Assembly (NCBI RefSeq): GCF_023055435.1
Contig: NW_025963813.1
Coordinates: 3,844,001-3,908,000, forward strand
DNA: 64,000 nucleotides
Origin: Haliotis rufescens
Lineage: Eukaryota
Direction of reading: 5' to 3'
Of the stretch, positions 13,417 through 28,363 are shown piece by piece. Position 1 is the stretch's first letter. Every line of letters begins with the position of its first letter. The translations under genes were made by a program, and so were the position numbers. Below the pieces are notes generated by a model, which did no database searches, was not told the DNA's origin, and was given only the letters and a program-made list of their open reading frames with translations.

Positions 13417-15239
13417 CTTCACAGTTACGTCTATCCACAGTAGAATAAACGGTGTGAATGACCATGTAGCAAATACACAAGGCCTTTTATACAAATGGAT
13501 AAGGAAATCAGGACACTATGAATCGAAATACTCCCAATGGAGAAAGAAAGAGAACAAGTTCTATTTTGACTTTTTCCTCAACATGTATTTGTAAACTAAC
13601 ACCAGATTATATAATATCACCTTGGCATTGGAGAGTTTCATTCTTTATTATTTACGTCTTCCTGAATAACCATCAAAACATGCTGTGCATTTGTTACGTA
13701 AGGCGGCGCCCCTTGGATGTTTCTCTTTTGGATTAAATGCAAGGTGCACTGACTCATCCAATGAATTCAAAGCAAATATGATATACAAAAACAATGAATA
13801 GACGGGTCTCTATAAAATGCAAGAACAATGATTAGCTGTAAATATCATGTTACAATAGGTCTCGTTATGCAGTTTCTTGGTCCCATCAATGACTATTGTA
13901 AAATACCTATATCTTAAATGAGCAAACAGTAGATACTGCATGCTTTTCATTTGATGAAAATACACCGATATTTAGGGAATTACAACACGTACTACGTCTC
14001 CGTCGCCTTATATGCTGCTCGTAGCACCACAACACATACTGTAAGTAATATCTACTCAATAATGGACACAGAAGTGACCGTGCAACCACTTATACAGGAA
14101 ATATATTTACACCTATCTGAGAAGCGTAGGGATAAAAGGGGGCTACAGTCTGAAAGCAGAATATGAGACCGCTCCATGTCACACATCTGAGTTGCTTTTT
14201 TCAAAGCAGTTAAAAGAACCTAGATAATTAATTCAACTATTGTAGTCTGCATGTTTAAAATATTTCTTTGAGCTCTTTCCACACGATCGAAATCGCGTAC
14301 CAATATATGCTGACCGCAGTAACCTGTAAGGGGCATACTATCTCCATCTGACTCAGCAATACAGTAAACTAAATGTAATGTCAACGGTATTACATTTAAG
14401 AAAGAGTGCTAAATGACATCCTATTATTGTGTGCGGATAGTGTATCAATGCAGTTAGCAAACTGATAGTAAAATGGACAGGTGTGAAGTTAACTAGGTAT
14501 GGTATGTTGCTACTTTAATACTATTGTAATTCTCCACAAGGTCAGAACTGCTAAAATGCAGAAACGCCTAAACGTGGACAAGAACAAGGTAGATGTGAAG
14601 CATTTGGGGACGATTATGTAGGGTTGAACATTTTTTAAATCTTGAGACAAAACGTATTAGAGGGGAAGAGTTCTGTTTTTGACGCATACACAGTGAAGAC
14701 AAAATGTTGAAATACATTAAAAGCAAAATGTTCTCATAGGATAGATATAAAGGTATTTTGCAATTATCAACGGAATCTGTTGAGCTAATTCTAGGGACGA
14801 TGTGTATGATTTCACTAGTGGAAACTGATTTATACCATGTATTTATAAATTGGCTTTCCGACAACACAGTCAAGGCAAGGAGTGAATTATTTGCAATGTT
14901 TAATTGTAAATTACCTTTTGTATTAGGAGGATTCATATGCCAAGAATGGGACTAAAACTAGCTCTCGCTGCAGCTGTTTTTGTAATCAATAGGATACGGT
15001 TCTCCGTATGTGCGTTTGTATTATACATCATGTACCACATAGGTGATATGTGTTTCTTCTTTTAATTTGCAGGTAAGCACTAAGTAAATACAAAGTCGAA
15101 AAGACATATTCATTTCATGGTTTTATTTGAAGTCGTTTCTCAAAGTTGACATTGTATAGTGTGGTGTAGTCAACGATTCTATGGCAACGATGGCATCAAA
15201 TGTCCAGCATTTGATAGAAATGTGAAGAGCCTGTTGAGT

Positions 15240-15907
15240 TTAACCATGGTGGCCACCGCCTCCATGGCCACCTCCTCCATGGCCGCCGCCACCGTGACCA
15301 CCTCCGTGGCCACCACCACCGTGGCCGCCGCCGCCACCGCCACCATGACCACCTCCGTGGCCGCCACCTCCATGTCCGCCGCCACCATGACCCCCACCAC
15401 CTTTGCCGCCTCCTCCGTGGCCGCCACCCCCTTTGCCACCGCCTCCTTTTCCGCCACCTCCTCCGTGGCCGCCACCTCCTTTGCCACCGCCTCCTTTGCC
15501 ACCACCTCCTTTGCCACCGCCTCCTTTGCCACCGCCTCCTTTGCCACCGCCTCCTTTGCCACCACCTCCTTTTCCACCGCCTCCATGTCCTCCTCCGCCT
15601 CCTTTGCCGCCACCCCCTCCGTGGCCACCATAGGCAGAGCCAAAGAAGGCTGTGAACACTAGAAAGGAGAACAGTGCATCTGTAGTTAAATGTCTTTAAA
15701 GAACAACGCAAGAATATAGTTTTCAACCTCATAATGTTGCCAATTACCTTTTGTACGCTCTTTAAGTCACGTTGCTGTAGAAAATAGGCAATGAATTAAA
15801 AGATAAGTGAATTTATCAGTCCACATTTCAATAGAACTCACACAGCTCACGTTTGAAAGTTTGAACTTACCCAAGGCCACAACGAGTGCAATTTTATAGA
15901 GCTGCAT
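15240..15907 (-). CDS. Gly/His/Lys secreted protein copy 7 (151 aa, +1 Gly; exons 15907-15871, 15658-15240)
   Basis: Same structure; 3-bp in-frame insertion. Confidence 0.92.
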
Positions 15908-17730
15908 CTTCACAGTTACGTCTATCCACAGTAGAATAAACGGTGTGAATGACCATGTAGCAAATACACAAGGCCTTTTATACAAATGGATAAGGAAATC
16001 AGGACACTATGAATCGAAATACTCCCAATGGAGAAAGAAAGAGAACAAGTTCTATTTTGACTTTTTCCTCAACATGTATTTGTAAACTAACACCAGATTA
16101 TATAATATCACCTTGGCATTGGAGAGTTTCATTCTTTATTATTTACGTCTTCCTGAATAACCATCAAAACATGCTGTGCATTTGTTACGTAAGGCGGGGC
16201 CCCTTGGATGTTTCTCTTTTGGATTAAATGCAAGGTGCACTGACTCATCCAATGAATTCAAAGCAAATATGATATACAAAAACAATGAATAGACGGGTCT
16301 CTATAAAATGCAAGAACAATGATTAGCTGTAAATATCATGTTACAATAGGTCTCGTTATGCAGTTTCTTGGTCCCATCAATGACTATTGTAAAATACCTA
16401 TATCTTAAATGAGCAAACAGTAGATACTGCATGCTTTTCATTTGATGAAAATACACCGATATTTAGGGAATTACAACACGTACTACGTCTCCGTCGCCTT
16501 ATATGCTGCTCGTAGCACCACAACACATACTGTAAGTAATATCTACTCAATAATGGACACAGAAGTGACCGTGCAACCACTTATACAGGAAATATATTTA
16601 CACCTATCTGAGAAGCGTAGGGATAAAAGGGGGCTACAGTCTGAAAGCAGAATATGAGACCGCTCCATGTCACACATCTGAGTTGCTTTTTTCAAAGCAG
16701 TTAAAAGAACCTAGATAATTAATTCAACTATTGTAGTCTGCATGTTTAAAATATTTCTTTGAGCTCTTTCCACACGATCGAAATCGCGTACCAATATATG
16801 CTGACCGCAGTAACCTGTAAGGGGCATACTATCTCCATCTGACTCAGCAATACAGTAAACTAAATGTAATGTCAACGGTATTACATTTAAGAAAGAGTGC
16901 TAAATGACATCCTATTATTGTGTGCGGATAGTGTATCAATGCAGTTAGCAAACTGATAGTAAAATGGACAGGTGTGAAGTTAACTAGGTATGGTATGTTG
17001 CTACTTTAATACTATTGTAATTCTCCACAAGGTCAGAACTGCTAAAATGCAGAAACGCCTAAACGTGGACAAGAACAAGGTAGATGTGAAGCATTTGGGG
17101 ACGATTATGTAGGGTTGAACATTTTTTAAATCTTGAGACAAAACGTATTAGAGGGGAAGAGTTCTGTTTTTGACGCATACACAGTGAAGACAAAATGTTG
17201 AAATACATTAAAAGCAAAATGTTCTCATAGGATAGATATAAAGGTATTTTGCAATTATCAACGGAATCTGTTGAGCTAATTCTAGGGACGATGTGTATGA
17301 TTTCACTAGTGGAAACTGATATATACCATGTATTTATAAATTGGCTTTCCGACAACACAGTCAAGGCAAGGAGTGAATTATTTGCAATGTTTAATTGTAA
17401 ATTACCTTTTGTATTAGGAGGATTCATATGCCAAGAATGGGACTAAAACTAGCTCTCGCTGCAGCTGTTTTTGTAATCAATAGGATACGGTTCTCCGTAT
17501 GTGCGTTTGTATTATACATCATGTACCACATAGGTGATATGTGTTTCTTCTTTTAATTTGCAGGTAAGCAGTAAGTAAATACAAAGTCGAAAAGACATAT
17601 TCATTTCATGGTTTTATTTGAAGTCGTTTCTCAAAGTTGACATTGTATAGTGTGGTGTAGTCAACGATTCTATGGCAACGATGGCATCAAATGTCCAGCA
17701 TTTGATAGAAATGTGAAGAGCCTGTTGAGT

Positions 17731-18395
17731 TTAACCATGGTGGCCACCGCCTCCATGGCCACCTCCTCCATGGCCGCCGCCACCGTGACCACCTCCGTGG
17801 CCACCACCACCGTGGCCGCCGCCGCCGCCACCATGACCACCTCCGTGGCCGCCACCTCCATGTCCGCCGCCACCATGACCCCCACCACCTTTGCCGCCTC
17901 CTCCGTGGCCGCCACCCCCTTTGCCACCGCCTCCTTTTCCGCCACCTCCTCCGTGGCCGCCACCTCCTTTGCCACCGCCTCCTTTGCCACCACCTCCTTT
18001 GCCACCGCCTCCTTTGCCACCGCCTCCTTTGCCACCGCCTCCTTTGCCACCACCTCCTTTTCCACCGCCTCCATGTCCTCCTCCGCCTCCTTTGCCGCCA
18101 CCCCCTCCGTGGCCACCATAGGCAGAGCCAAAGAAGGCTGTGAACACTAGAAAGGAGAACAGTGCATCTGTAGTTAAATGTCTTTAAAGAACAACGCAAG
18201 AATATAGTTTTCAACCTCATAATGTTGCCAATTACCTTTTGTACGCTCTTTAAGTCACGTTGCTGTAGAAAATAGGCAATGAATTAAAAGATAAGTGAAT
18301 TTATCAGTCCACATTTCAATAGAACTCACACAGCTCACGTTTGAAAGTTTGAACTTACCCAAGGCCACAACGAGTGCAATTTTATAGAGCTGCAT
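17731..18395 (-). CDS. Gly/His/Lys secreted protein copy 8 (150 aa; exons 18395-18359, 18146-17731)
   Basis: Same structure as copy 1. Confidence 0.92.
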
Positions 18396-20218
18396 CTTCA
18401 CAGTTACGTCTATCCACAGTAGAATAAACGGTGTGAATGACCATGTAGCAAATACACAAGGCCTTTTATACAAATGGATAAGGAAATCAGGACACTATGA
18501 ATCGAAATACTCCCAATGGAGAAAGAAAGAGAACAAGTTCTATTTTGACTTTTTCCTCAACATGTATTTGTAAACTAACACCAGATTATATAATATCACC
18601 TTGGCATTGGAGAGTTTCATTCTTTATTATTTACGTCTTCCTGAATAACCATCAAAACATGCTGTGCATTTGTTACGTAAGGCGGCGCCCCTTGGATTTT
18701 TCTCTGTTGGATTAAATGCAAGGTGCACTGACTCATCCAATGAATTCAAAGCAAATATGATATACAAAAACAATGAATAGACGGGTCTCTATAAAATGCA
18801 AGAACAATGATTAGCTGTAAATATCATGTTACAATAGGTCTCGTTATGCAGTTTCTTGGTCCCATCAATGACTATTGTAAAATACCTATATCTTAAATGA
18901 GCAAACAGTAGATACTGCATGCTTTTCATTTGATGAAAATACACCGATATTTAGGGAATTACAACACGTACTACGCCTCCGTCGCCTTATATGCTGCTCG
19001 TAGCACCACAACACATACTGTAAGTAATATCTACTCAATAATGGACCCAGAAGTGACCGTGCAACCACTTATACAGGAAATATATTTACACCTATCTGAG
19101 AAGCGTAGGGATAAAAGGGGGCTACAGTCTGAAAGCAGAATATGAGACCGCTCCATGTCACACATCTGAGTTGCTTTTTTCAAAGCAGTTAAAAGAACCT
19201 AGATAATTAATTCAACTATTGTAGTCTGCATGTTTAAAATATTTCTTTGAGCTCTTTCCACACGATCGAAATCGCGTACCAATATATGCTGACCGCAGTA
19301 ACCTGTAAGGGGCATACTATCTCCATCTGACTCAGCAATACAGTAAACTAAATGTTATGTCAACGGTATTACATTTAAGAAAGAGTGCTAAATGACATGC
19401 TATTATTGTGTGCGGATAGTGTATCAATGCAGTTAGCAAACTGATAGTAAAATGGACAGGTGTGAAGTTAACTAGGTATGGTATGTTGCTACTTTAATAC
19501 TATTGTAATTCTCCACAAGGTCAGAACTGCTAAAATGCAGAAACGCCTAAACGTGGACAAGAACAAGGTAGATGTGAAGCATTTGGGGACGATTATGTAG
19601 GGTTGAACATTTTTTAAATCTTGAGACAAAACGTATTAGAGGGGAAGAGTTCTGTTTTTGACGCATACACAGTGAAGACAAAATGTTGAAATACATTAAA
19701 AGCAAAATGTTCTCATAGGATAGATATAAAGGTATTTTGCAATTATCAACGGAATCTGTTGAGCTAATTCTAGGGACGATGTGTGTGATTTCACTAGTGG
19801 AAACTGATATATACCATGTATTTATAAATTGGCTTTCCGACAACACAGTCAAGGCAAGGAGTGAATTATTTGCAATGTTTAATTGTAAATTACCTTTTGT
19901 ATTAGGAGGATTCATATGCCAAGAATGGGACTAAAACTAGCTCTCGCTGCAGCTGTTTTTGTAATCAATAGGATACGGTTCTCCGTATGTGCGTTTGTAT
20001 TATACATCATGTACCACATAGGTGATATGTGTTTCTTCTTTTAATTTGCAGGTAAGCAGTAAGTAAATACAAAGTCGAAAAGACATATTCATTTCATGGT
20101 TTTATTTGAAGTCGTTTCTCAAAGTTGACATTGTATAGTGTGGTGTAGTCAACGATTCTATGGCAACGATGGCATCAAATGTCCAGCATTTGATAGAAAT
20201 GTGAAGAGCCTGTTGAGT

Positions 20219-20883
20219 TTAACCATGGTGGCCACCGCCTCCATGGCCACCTCCTCCATGGCCGCCGCCACCGTGACCACCTCCGTGGCCACCACCACCG
20301 TGGCCGCCGCCGCCGCCACCATGACCACCTCCGTGGCCGCCACCTCCATGTCCGCCGCCACCATGACCCCCACCACCTTTGCCGCCTCCTCCGTGGCCGC
20401 CACCCCCTTTGCCACCGCCTCCTTTTCCGCCACCTCCTCCGTGGCCGCCACCTCCTTTGCCACCGCCTCCTTTGCCACCACCTCCTTTGCCACCGCCTCC
20501 TTTGCCACCGCCTCCTTTGCCACCGCCTCCTTTGCCACCACCTCCTTTTCCACCGCCTCCATGTCCTCCTCCGCCTCCTTTGCCGCCACCCCCTCCGTGG
20601 CCACCATAGGCAGAGCCAAAGAAGGCTGTGAACACTAGAAAGGAGAACAGTGCATCTGTAGTTAAATGTCTTTAAAGAACAACGCAAGAATATAGTTTTC
20701 AACCTCATAATGTTGCCAATTACCTTTTGTACGCTCTTTAAGTCACGTTGCTGTAGAAAATAGGCAATGAATTAAAAGATAAGTGAATTTATCAGTCCAC
20801 ATTTCAATAGAACTCACACAGCTCACGTTTGAAAGTTTGAACTTACCCAAGGCCACAACGAGTGCAATTTTATAGAGCTGCAT
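20219..20883 (-). CDS. Gly/His/Lys secreted protein copy 9 (150 aa; exons 20883-20847, 20634-20219)
   Basis: Same structure as copy 1. Confidence 0.92.
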
Positions 20884-22706
20884 CTTCACAGTTACGTCTA
20901 TCCACAGTAGAATAAACGGTGTGAATGACCATGTAGCAAATACACAAGGCCTTTTATACAAATGGATAAGGAAATCAGGACACTATGAATCGAAATACTC
21001 CCAATGGAGAAAGAAAGAGAACAAGTTCTATTTTGACTTTTTCCTCAACATGTATTTGTAAACTAACACCAGATTATATAATATCACCTTGGCATTGGAG
21101 AGTTTCATTCTTTATTATTTACGTCTTCCTGAATAACCATCAAAACATGCTGTGCATTTGTTACGTAAGGCGGCGCCCCTTGGATGTTTCTCTGTTGGAT
21201 TAAATGCAAGGTGCACTGACTCATCCAATGAATTCAAAGCAAATATGACATACAAAAACAATGAATAGACGGGTCTCTATAAAATGCAAGAACAATGATT
21301 AGCTGTAAATATCATGTTACAATAGGTCTCGTTATGCAGTTTCTTGGTCCCATCAATGACTATTGTAAAATACCTATATCTTAAATGAGCAAACAGTAGA
21401 TACTGCATGCTTTTCATTTGATGAAAATACACCGATATTTAGGGAATTACAACACGTACTACGCCTCCGTCGCCTTATATGCTGCTCGTAGCACCACAAC
21501 ACATACTGTAAGTAATATCTACTCAATAATGGACCCAGAAGTGACCGTGCAACCACTTATACAGGAAATATATTTACACCTATCTGAGAAGCGTAGGGAT
21601 AAAAGAGGGCTACAGTCTGAAAGCAGAATATGAGACCGCTCCATGTCACACATCTGAGTTGCTTTTTTCAAAGCAGTTAAAAGAACCTAGATAATTAATT
21701 CAACTATTGTAGTCTGCATGTTTAAAATATTTCTTTGAGCTCTTTCCACACGATCGAAATCGCGTACCAATATATGCTGACCGCAGTAACCTGTAAGGGG
21801 CATACTATCTCCATCTGACTCAGCAATACAGTAAACTAAATGTAATGTCAACGGTATTACATTTAAGAAAGAGTGCTAAATGACATCCTATTATGGTGTG
21901 CGGATAGTGTATCAATGCAGTTAGCAAACTGATAGTCAAATGGACAGGTGTGAAGTTAACTAGGTATGGTATGTTGCTACTTTAATACTATTGTAATTCT
22001 CCACAAGGTCAGAACTGCTAAAATGCAGAAACGCCTAAACGTGGACAAGAACAAGGTAGATGTGAAGCATTTGGGGACGATTATGTAGGGTTGGAAATTT
22101 TTTAAATCTTGAGACAAAACGTATTAGAGGGGAAGAGTTCTGTTTTTGACGCATACACAGTGAAGACAAAATGTTGAAATACATTAAAAGCAAAATGTTC
22201 TCATAGGATAGATATAAAGGTATTTTGCAATTATCAACGGAATCTGTTGAGCTAATTCTAGGGACGATGTGTATGATTTCACTAGTGGAAACTGATATAT
22301 ACCATGTATTTATAAATTGGCTTTCCGACAACACAGTCAAGGCAAGGAGTGAATTATTTGCAATGTTTAATTGTAAATTACCTTTTGTATTGGGAGGATT
22401 CATATGCCAAGAATGGGACTAAAACTAGCTCTCGCTGCAGCTGTTTTTGTAATCAATAGGATACGGTTCTCCGTATGTGCGTTTGTATTATACATCATGT
22501 ACCACATAGGTGATATGTGTTTCTTCTTTTAATTTGCAGGTAAGCAGTAAGTAAATACAAAGTCGAAAAGACATATTCATTTCATGGTTTTATTTGAAGT
22601 CGTTTCTCAAAGTTGACATTGTATAGTGTGGTGTAGTCAACGATTCTATGGCAACGATGGCATCAAATGTCCAGCATTTGATAGAAATGTGAAGAGCCTG
22701 TTGAGT

Positions 22707-23386
22707 TTAACCATGGTGGCCACCGCCTCCATGGCCACCTCCTCCATGGCCGCCGCCACCGTGACCACCTCCGTGGCCACCACCACCGTGGCCGCCGCCG
22801 CCGCCACCATGACCACCTCCGTGGCCGCCACCTCCATGTCCGCCGCCACCATGACCCCCACCACCTTTGCCGCCTCCTCCGTGGCCGCCACCCCCTTTGC
22901 CACCGCCTCCTTTTCCGCCACCTCCTCCGTGGCCGCCACCTCCTTTGCCACCGCCTCCTTTGCCACCACCTCCTTTGCCACCGCCTCCTTTGCCACCGCC
23001 TCCTTTGCCACCGCCTCCTTTGCCACCGCCTCCTTTGCCACCACCTCCTTTTCCACCGCCTCCATGTCCTCCTCCGCCTCCTTTGCCGCCACCCCCTCCG
23101 TGGCCACCATAGGCAGAGCCAAAGAAGGCTGTGAACACTAGAAAGGAGAACAGTGCATCTGTAGTTAAATGTCTTTAAAGAACAACGCAAGAATATAGTT
23201 TTCAACCTCATAATGTTGCCAATTACCTTTTGTACGCTCTTTAAGTCACGTTGCTGTAGAAAATAGGCAATGAATTAAAAGATAAGTGAATTTATCAGTC
23301 CACATTTCAATAGAACTCACACAGCTCACGTTTGAAAGTTTGAACTTACCCAAGGCCACAACGAGTGCAATTTTATAGAGCTGCAT
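22707..23386 (-). CDS. Gly/His/Lys secreted protein copy 10 (155 aa, +1 GGGGK; exons 23386-23350, 23137-22707)
   Basis: Same structure; 15-bp in-frame insertion. Confidence 0.92.
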
Positions 23387-25209
23387 CTTCACAGTTACGT
23401 CTATCCACAGTAGAATAAACGGTGTGAATGACCATGTAGCAAATACACAAGGCCTTTTATACAAATGGATAAGGAAATCAGGACACTATGAATCGAAATA
23501 CTCCCAATGGAGAAAGAAAGAGAACAAGTTCTATTTTGACTTTTTCCTCAACATGTATTTGTAAACTAACACCAGATTATATAATATCACCTTGGCATTG
23601 GAGAGTTTCATTCTTTATTATTTACGTCTTCCTGAATAACCATCAAAACATGCTGTGCATTTGTTACGTAAGGCGGCGCCCCTTGGATGTTTCTCTGTTG
23701 GATTAAATGCAAGGTGCACTGACTCATCCAATGAATTCAAAGCAAATATGACATACAAAAACAATGAATAGACGGGTCTCTATAAAATGCAAGAACAATG
23801 ATTAGCTGTAAATATCATGTTACAATAGGTCTCGTTATGCAGTTTCTTGGTCCCATCAATGACTATTGTAAAATACCTATATCTTAAATGAGCAAACAGT
23901 AGATACTGCATGCTTTTCATTTGATGAAAATACACCGATATTTAGGGAATTACAACACGTACTACGCCTCCGTCGCCTTATATGCTGCTCGTAGCACCAC
24001 AACACATACTGTAAGTAATATCTACTCAATAATGGACACAGAAGTGACCGTGCAACCACTTATACAGGAAATATATTTACACCTATCTGAGAAGCGTAGG
24101 GATAAAAGAGGGCTACAGTCTGAAAGCAGAATATGAGACCGCTCCATGTCACACATCTGAGTTGCTTTTTTCAAAGCAGTTAAAAGAACCTAGATAATTA
24201 ATTCAACTATTGTAGTCTGCATGTTTAAAATATTTCTTTGAGCTCTTTCCACACGATCGAAATCGCGTACCAATATATGCTGACCACAGTAACCTGTAAG
24301 GGGCATACTATCTCCATCTGACTCAGCAATACAGTAAACTAAATGTAATGTCAACGGTATTACATTTAAGAAAGAGTGCTAAATGACATCCTATTATGGT
24401 GTGCGGATAGTGTATCAATGCAGTTAGCAAACTGATAGTAAAATGGACAGGTGTGAAGTTAACTAGGTATGGTATGTTGCTACTTTAATACTATTGTAAT
24501 TCTCCACAAGGTCAGAACTGCTAAAATGCAGAAACGCCTAAACGTGGACAAGAACAAGGTAGATGTGAAGCATTTGGGGACGATTATGTAGGGTTGAAAA
24601 TTTTTTAAATCTTGAGACAAAACGTATTAGAGGGGAAGAGTTCTGTTTTTGACGCATACACAGTGAAGACAAAATGTTGAAATACATTAAAAGCAAAATG
24701 TTCTCATAGGATAGATATAAAGGTATTTTGCAATTATCAACGGAATCTGTTGAGCTAATTCTAGGGACGATGTGTATGATTTCACTAGTGGAAACTGATA
24801 TATACCATGTATTTATAAATTGGCTTTCCGACAACACAGTCAAGGCAAGGAGTGAATTATTTGCAATGTTTAATTGTAAATTACCTTTTGTATTGGGAGG
24901 ATTCATATGCCAAGAATGGGACTAAAACTAGCTCTCGCTGCAGCTGTTTTTGTAATCAATAGGATACGGTTCTCCGTATGTGCGTTTGTATTATACATCA
25001 TGTACCACATAGGTGATATGTGTTTCTTCTTTTAATTTGCAGGTAAGCAGTAAGTAAATACAAAGTCGAAAAGACATATTCATTTCATGGTTTTATTTGA
25101 AGTCGTTTCTCAAAGTTGACATTGTATAGTGTGGTGTAGTCAACGATTCTATGGCAACGATGGCATCAAATGTCCAGCATTTGATAGAAATGTGAAGAGC
25201 CTGTTGAGT

Positions 25210-25874
25210 TTAACCATGGTGGCCACCGCCTCCATGGCCACCTCCTCCATGGCCGCCGCCACCGTGACCACCTCCGTGGCCACCACCACCGTGGCCGCCG
25301 CCGCCGCCACCATGACCACCTCCGTGGCCGCCACCTCCATGTCCGCCGCCACCATGACCCCCACCACCTTTGCCGCCTCCTCCGTGGCCGCCACCCCCTT
25401 TGCCACCGCCTCCTTTTCCGCCACCTCCTCCGTGGCCGCCACCTCCTTTGCCACCGCCTCCTTTGCCACCACCTCCTTTGCCACCGCCTCCTTTGCCACC
25501 GCCTCCTTTGCCACCGCCTCCTTTGCCACCACCTCCTTTGCCACCGCCTCCATGTCCTCCTCCGCCTCCTTTGCCGCCACCCCCTCCGTGGCCACCATAG
25601 GCAGAGCCAAAGAAGGCTGTGAACACTAGAAAGGAGAACAGTGCATCTGTAGTTAAATGTCTTTAAAGAACAACGCAAGAATATAGTTTTCAACCTCATA
25701 ATGTTGCCAATTACCTTTTGTACGCTCTTTAAGTCACGTTGCTGTAGAAAATAGGCAATGAATTAAAAGATAAGTGAATTTATCAGTCCACATTTCAATA
25801 GAACTCACACAGCTCACGTTTGAAAGTTTGAACTTACCCAAGGCCACAACGAGTGCAATTTTATAGAGCTGCAT
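25210..25874 (-). CDS. Gly/His/Lys secreted protein copy 11 (150 aa; exons 25874-25838, 25625-25210)
   Basis: Same structure as copy 1. Confidence 0.92.
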
Positions 25875-27698
25875 CTTCACAGTTACGTCTATCCACAGTA
25901 GAATAAACGGTGTGAATGACCATGTAGCAAATACACAAGGCCTTTTATACAAATGGATAAGGAAATCAGGACACTATGAATCGAAATACTCCCAATGGAG
26001 AAAGAAAGAGAACAAGTTCTATTTTGACTTTTTCCTCAACATGTATTTGTAAACTAACACCAGATTATATAATATCACCTTGGCATTGGAGAGTTTCATT
26101 CTTTATTATTTACGTCTTCCTGAATAACCATCAAAACATGCTGTGCATTTGTTACGTAAGGCGGCGCCCCTTGGATGTTTCTCTGTTGGATTAAATGCAA
26201 GGTGCACTGACTCATCCAATGAATTCAAAGCAAATATGACATACAAAAACAATGAATAGACGGGTCTCTATAAAATGCAAGAACAATGATTAGCTGTAAA
26301 TATCATGTTACAATAGGTCTCGTTATGCAGTTTCTTGGTCCCATCAATGACTATTGTAAAATACCTATATCTTAAATGAGCAAACAGTAGATACTGCATG
26401 CTTTTCATTTGATGAAAATACACCGATATTTAGGGAATTACAACACGTACTACGCCTCCGTCGCCTTATATGCTGCTCGTAGCACCACAACACATACTGT
26501 AAGTAATATCTACTCAATAATGGACACAGAAGTGACCGTGCAACCACTTATACAGGAAATATATTTACACCTATCTGAGAAGCGTAGGGATAAAAGAGGG
26601 CTACAGTCTGAAAGCAGAATATGAGACCGCTCCATGTCACACATCTGAGTTGCTTTTTTCAAAGCAGTTAAAAGAACCTAGATAATTAATTCAACTATTG
26701 TAGTCTGCATGTTTAAAATATTTCTTTGAGCTCTTTCCACACGATCGAAATCGCGTACCAATATATGCTGACCGCAGTAACCTGTAAGGGGCATACTATC
26801 TCCATCTGACTCAGCAATACAGTAAACTAAATGTAATGTCAACGGTATTACATTTAAGAAAGAGTGCTAAATGATATCCTATTATGGTGTGCGGATAGTG
26901 TATCAATGCAGTTAGCAAACTGATAGTCAAATGGACAGGTGTGAAGTTAACTAGGTATGGTATGTTGCTACTTTAATACTATTGTAATTCTCCACAAGGT
27001 CAGAACTGCTAAAATGCAGAAACGCCTAAACGTGGACAAGAACAAGGTAGATGTGAAGCATTTGGGGACGATTATGTAGGGTTGAACATTTTTTAAATCT
27101 TGAGACAAAACGTATTATAGGGGAAGAGTTCTGTTTTTGACGCATACACAGTGAAGACAAAATGTTGAAATACATTAAAAGCAAAATGTTCTCATAGGAT
27201 AGATATAAAGGTATTTTGCAATTATCAACGGAATCTGTTGAGCTAATTCTAGGGACGAAGTGTATGATTTCACTAGTGGAAACTGATATATACCATGTAT
27301 TTATAAATTGGCTTTCCGACAACACAGTCAAGGCAAGGAGTGAATTATTTGCAATGTTTAATTGTAAAAATTACCTTTTGTATTAGGAGGATTCATATGC
27401 CAAGAATGGGACTAAAACTAGCTCTCGCTGCAGCTGTTTTTGTAATCAATAGGATACGGTTCTCCGTATGTGCGTTTGTATTATACATCATGTACCACAT
27501 AGGTGATATGTGTTTCTTCTTTTAATTTGCAGGTAAGCAGTAAGTAAATACAAGTCGAAAAGACATATTCATTTCATGGTTTTATTTGAAGTCGTTTCTC
27601 AAAGTTGACATTGTATAGTGTGGTGTAGTCAACGATTCTATGGCAACGATGGCATCAAATGTCCAGCATTTGATAGAAATGTGAAGAGCCTGTTGAGT

Positions 27699-28363
27699 TT
27701 AACCATGGTGGCCACCGCCTCCATGGCCACCTCCTCCATGGCCGCCGCCACCGTGACCACCTCCGTGGCCACCACCACCGTGGCCGCCGCCGCCGCCACC
27801 ATGACCACCTCCGTGGCCGCCACCTCCATGTCCGCCGCCACCATGACCCCCACCACCTTTGCCGCCTCCTCCGTGGCCGCCACCCCCTTTGCCACCGCCT
27901 CCTTTTCCGCCACCTCCTCCGTGGCCGCCACCTCCTTTGCCACCGCCTCCTTTGCCACCACCTCCTTTGCCACCGCCTCCTTTGCCACCGCCTCCTTTGC
28001 CACCGCCTCCTTTGCCACCACCTCCTTTTCCACCGCCTCCATGTCCTCCTCCGCCTCCTTTGCCGCCACCCCCTCCGTGGCCACCATAGGCAGAGCCAAA
28101 GAAGGCTGTGAACACTAGAAAGGAGAACAGTGCATCTGTAGTTAAATGTCTTTAAAGAACAACGCAAGAATATAGTTTTCAACCTCATAATGTTGCCAAT
28201 TACCTTTTGTACGCTCTTTAAGTCACGTTGCTGTAGAAAATAGGCAATGAATTAAAAGATGAGTGAATTTATCAGTCCACATTTCAATAGAACTCACACA
28301 GTTCACGTTTGAAAGTTTGAACTTACCCAAGGCCACAACGAGTGCAATTTTATAGAGCTGCAT
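27699..28363 (-). CDS. Gly/His/Lys secreted protein copy 12 (150 aa; exons 28363-28327, 28114-27699)
   Basis: Same structure as copy 1. Confidence 0.92.
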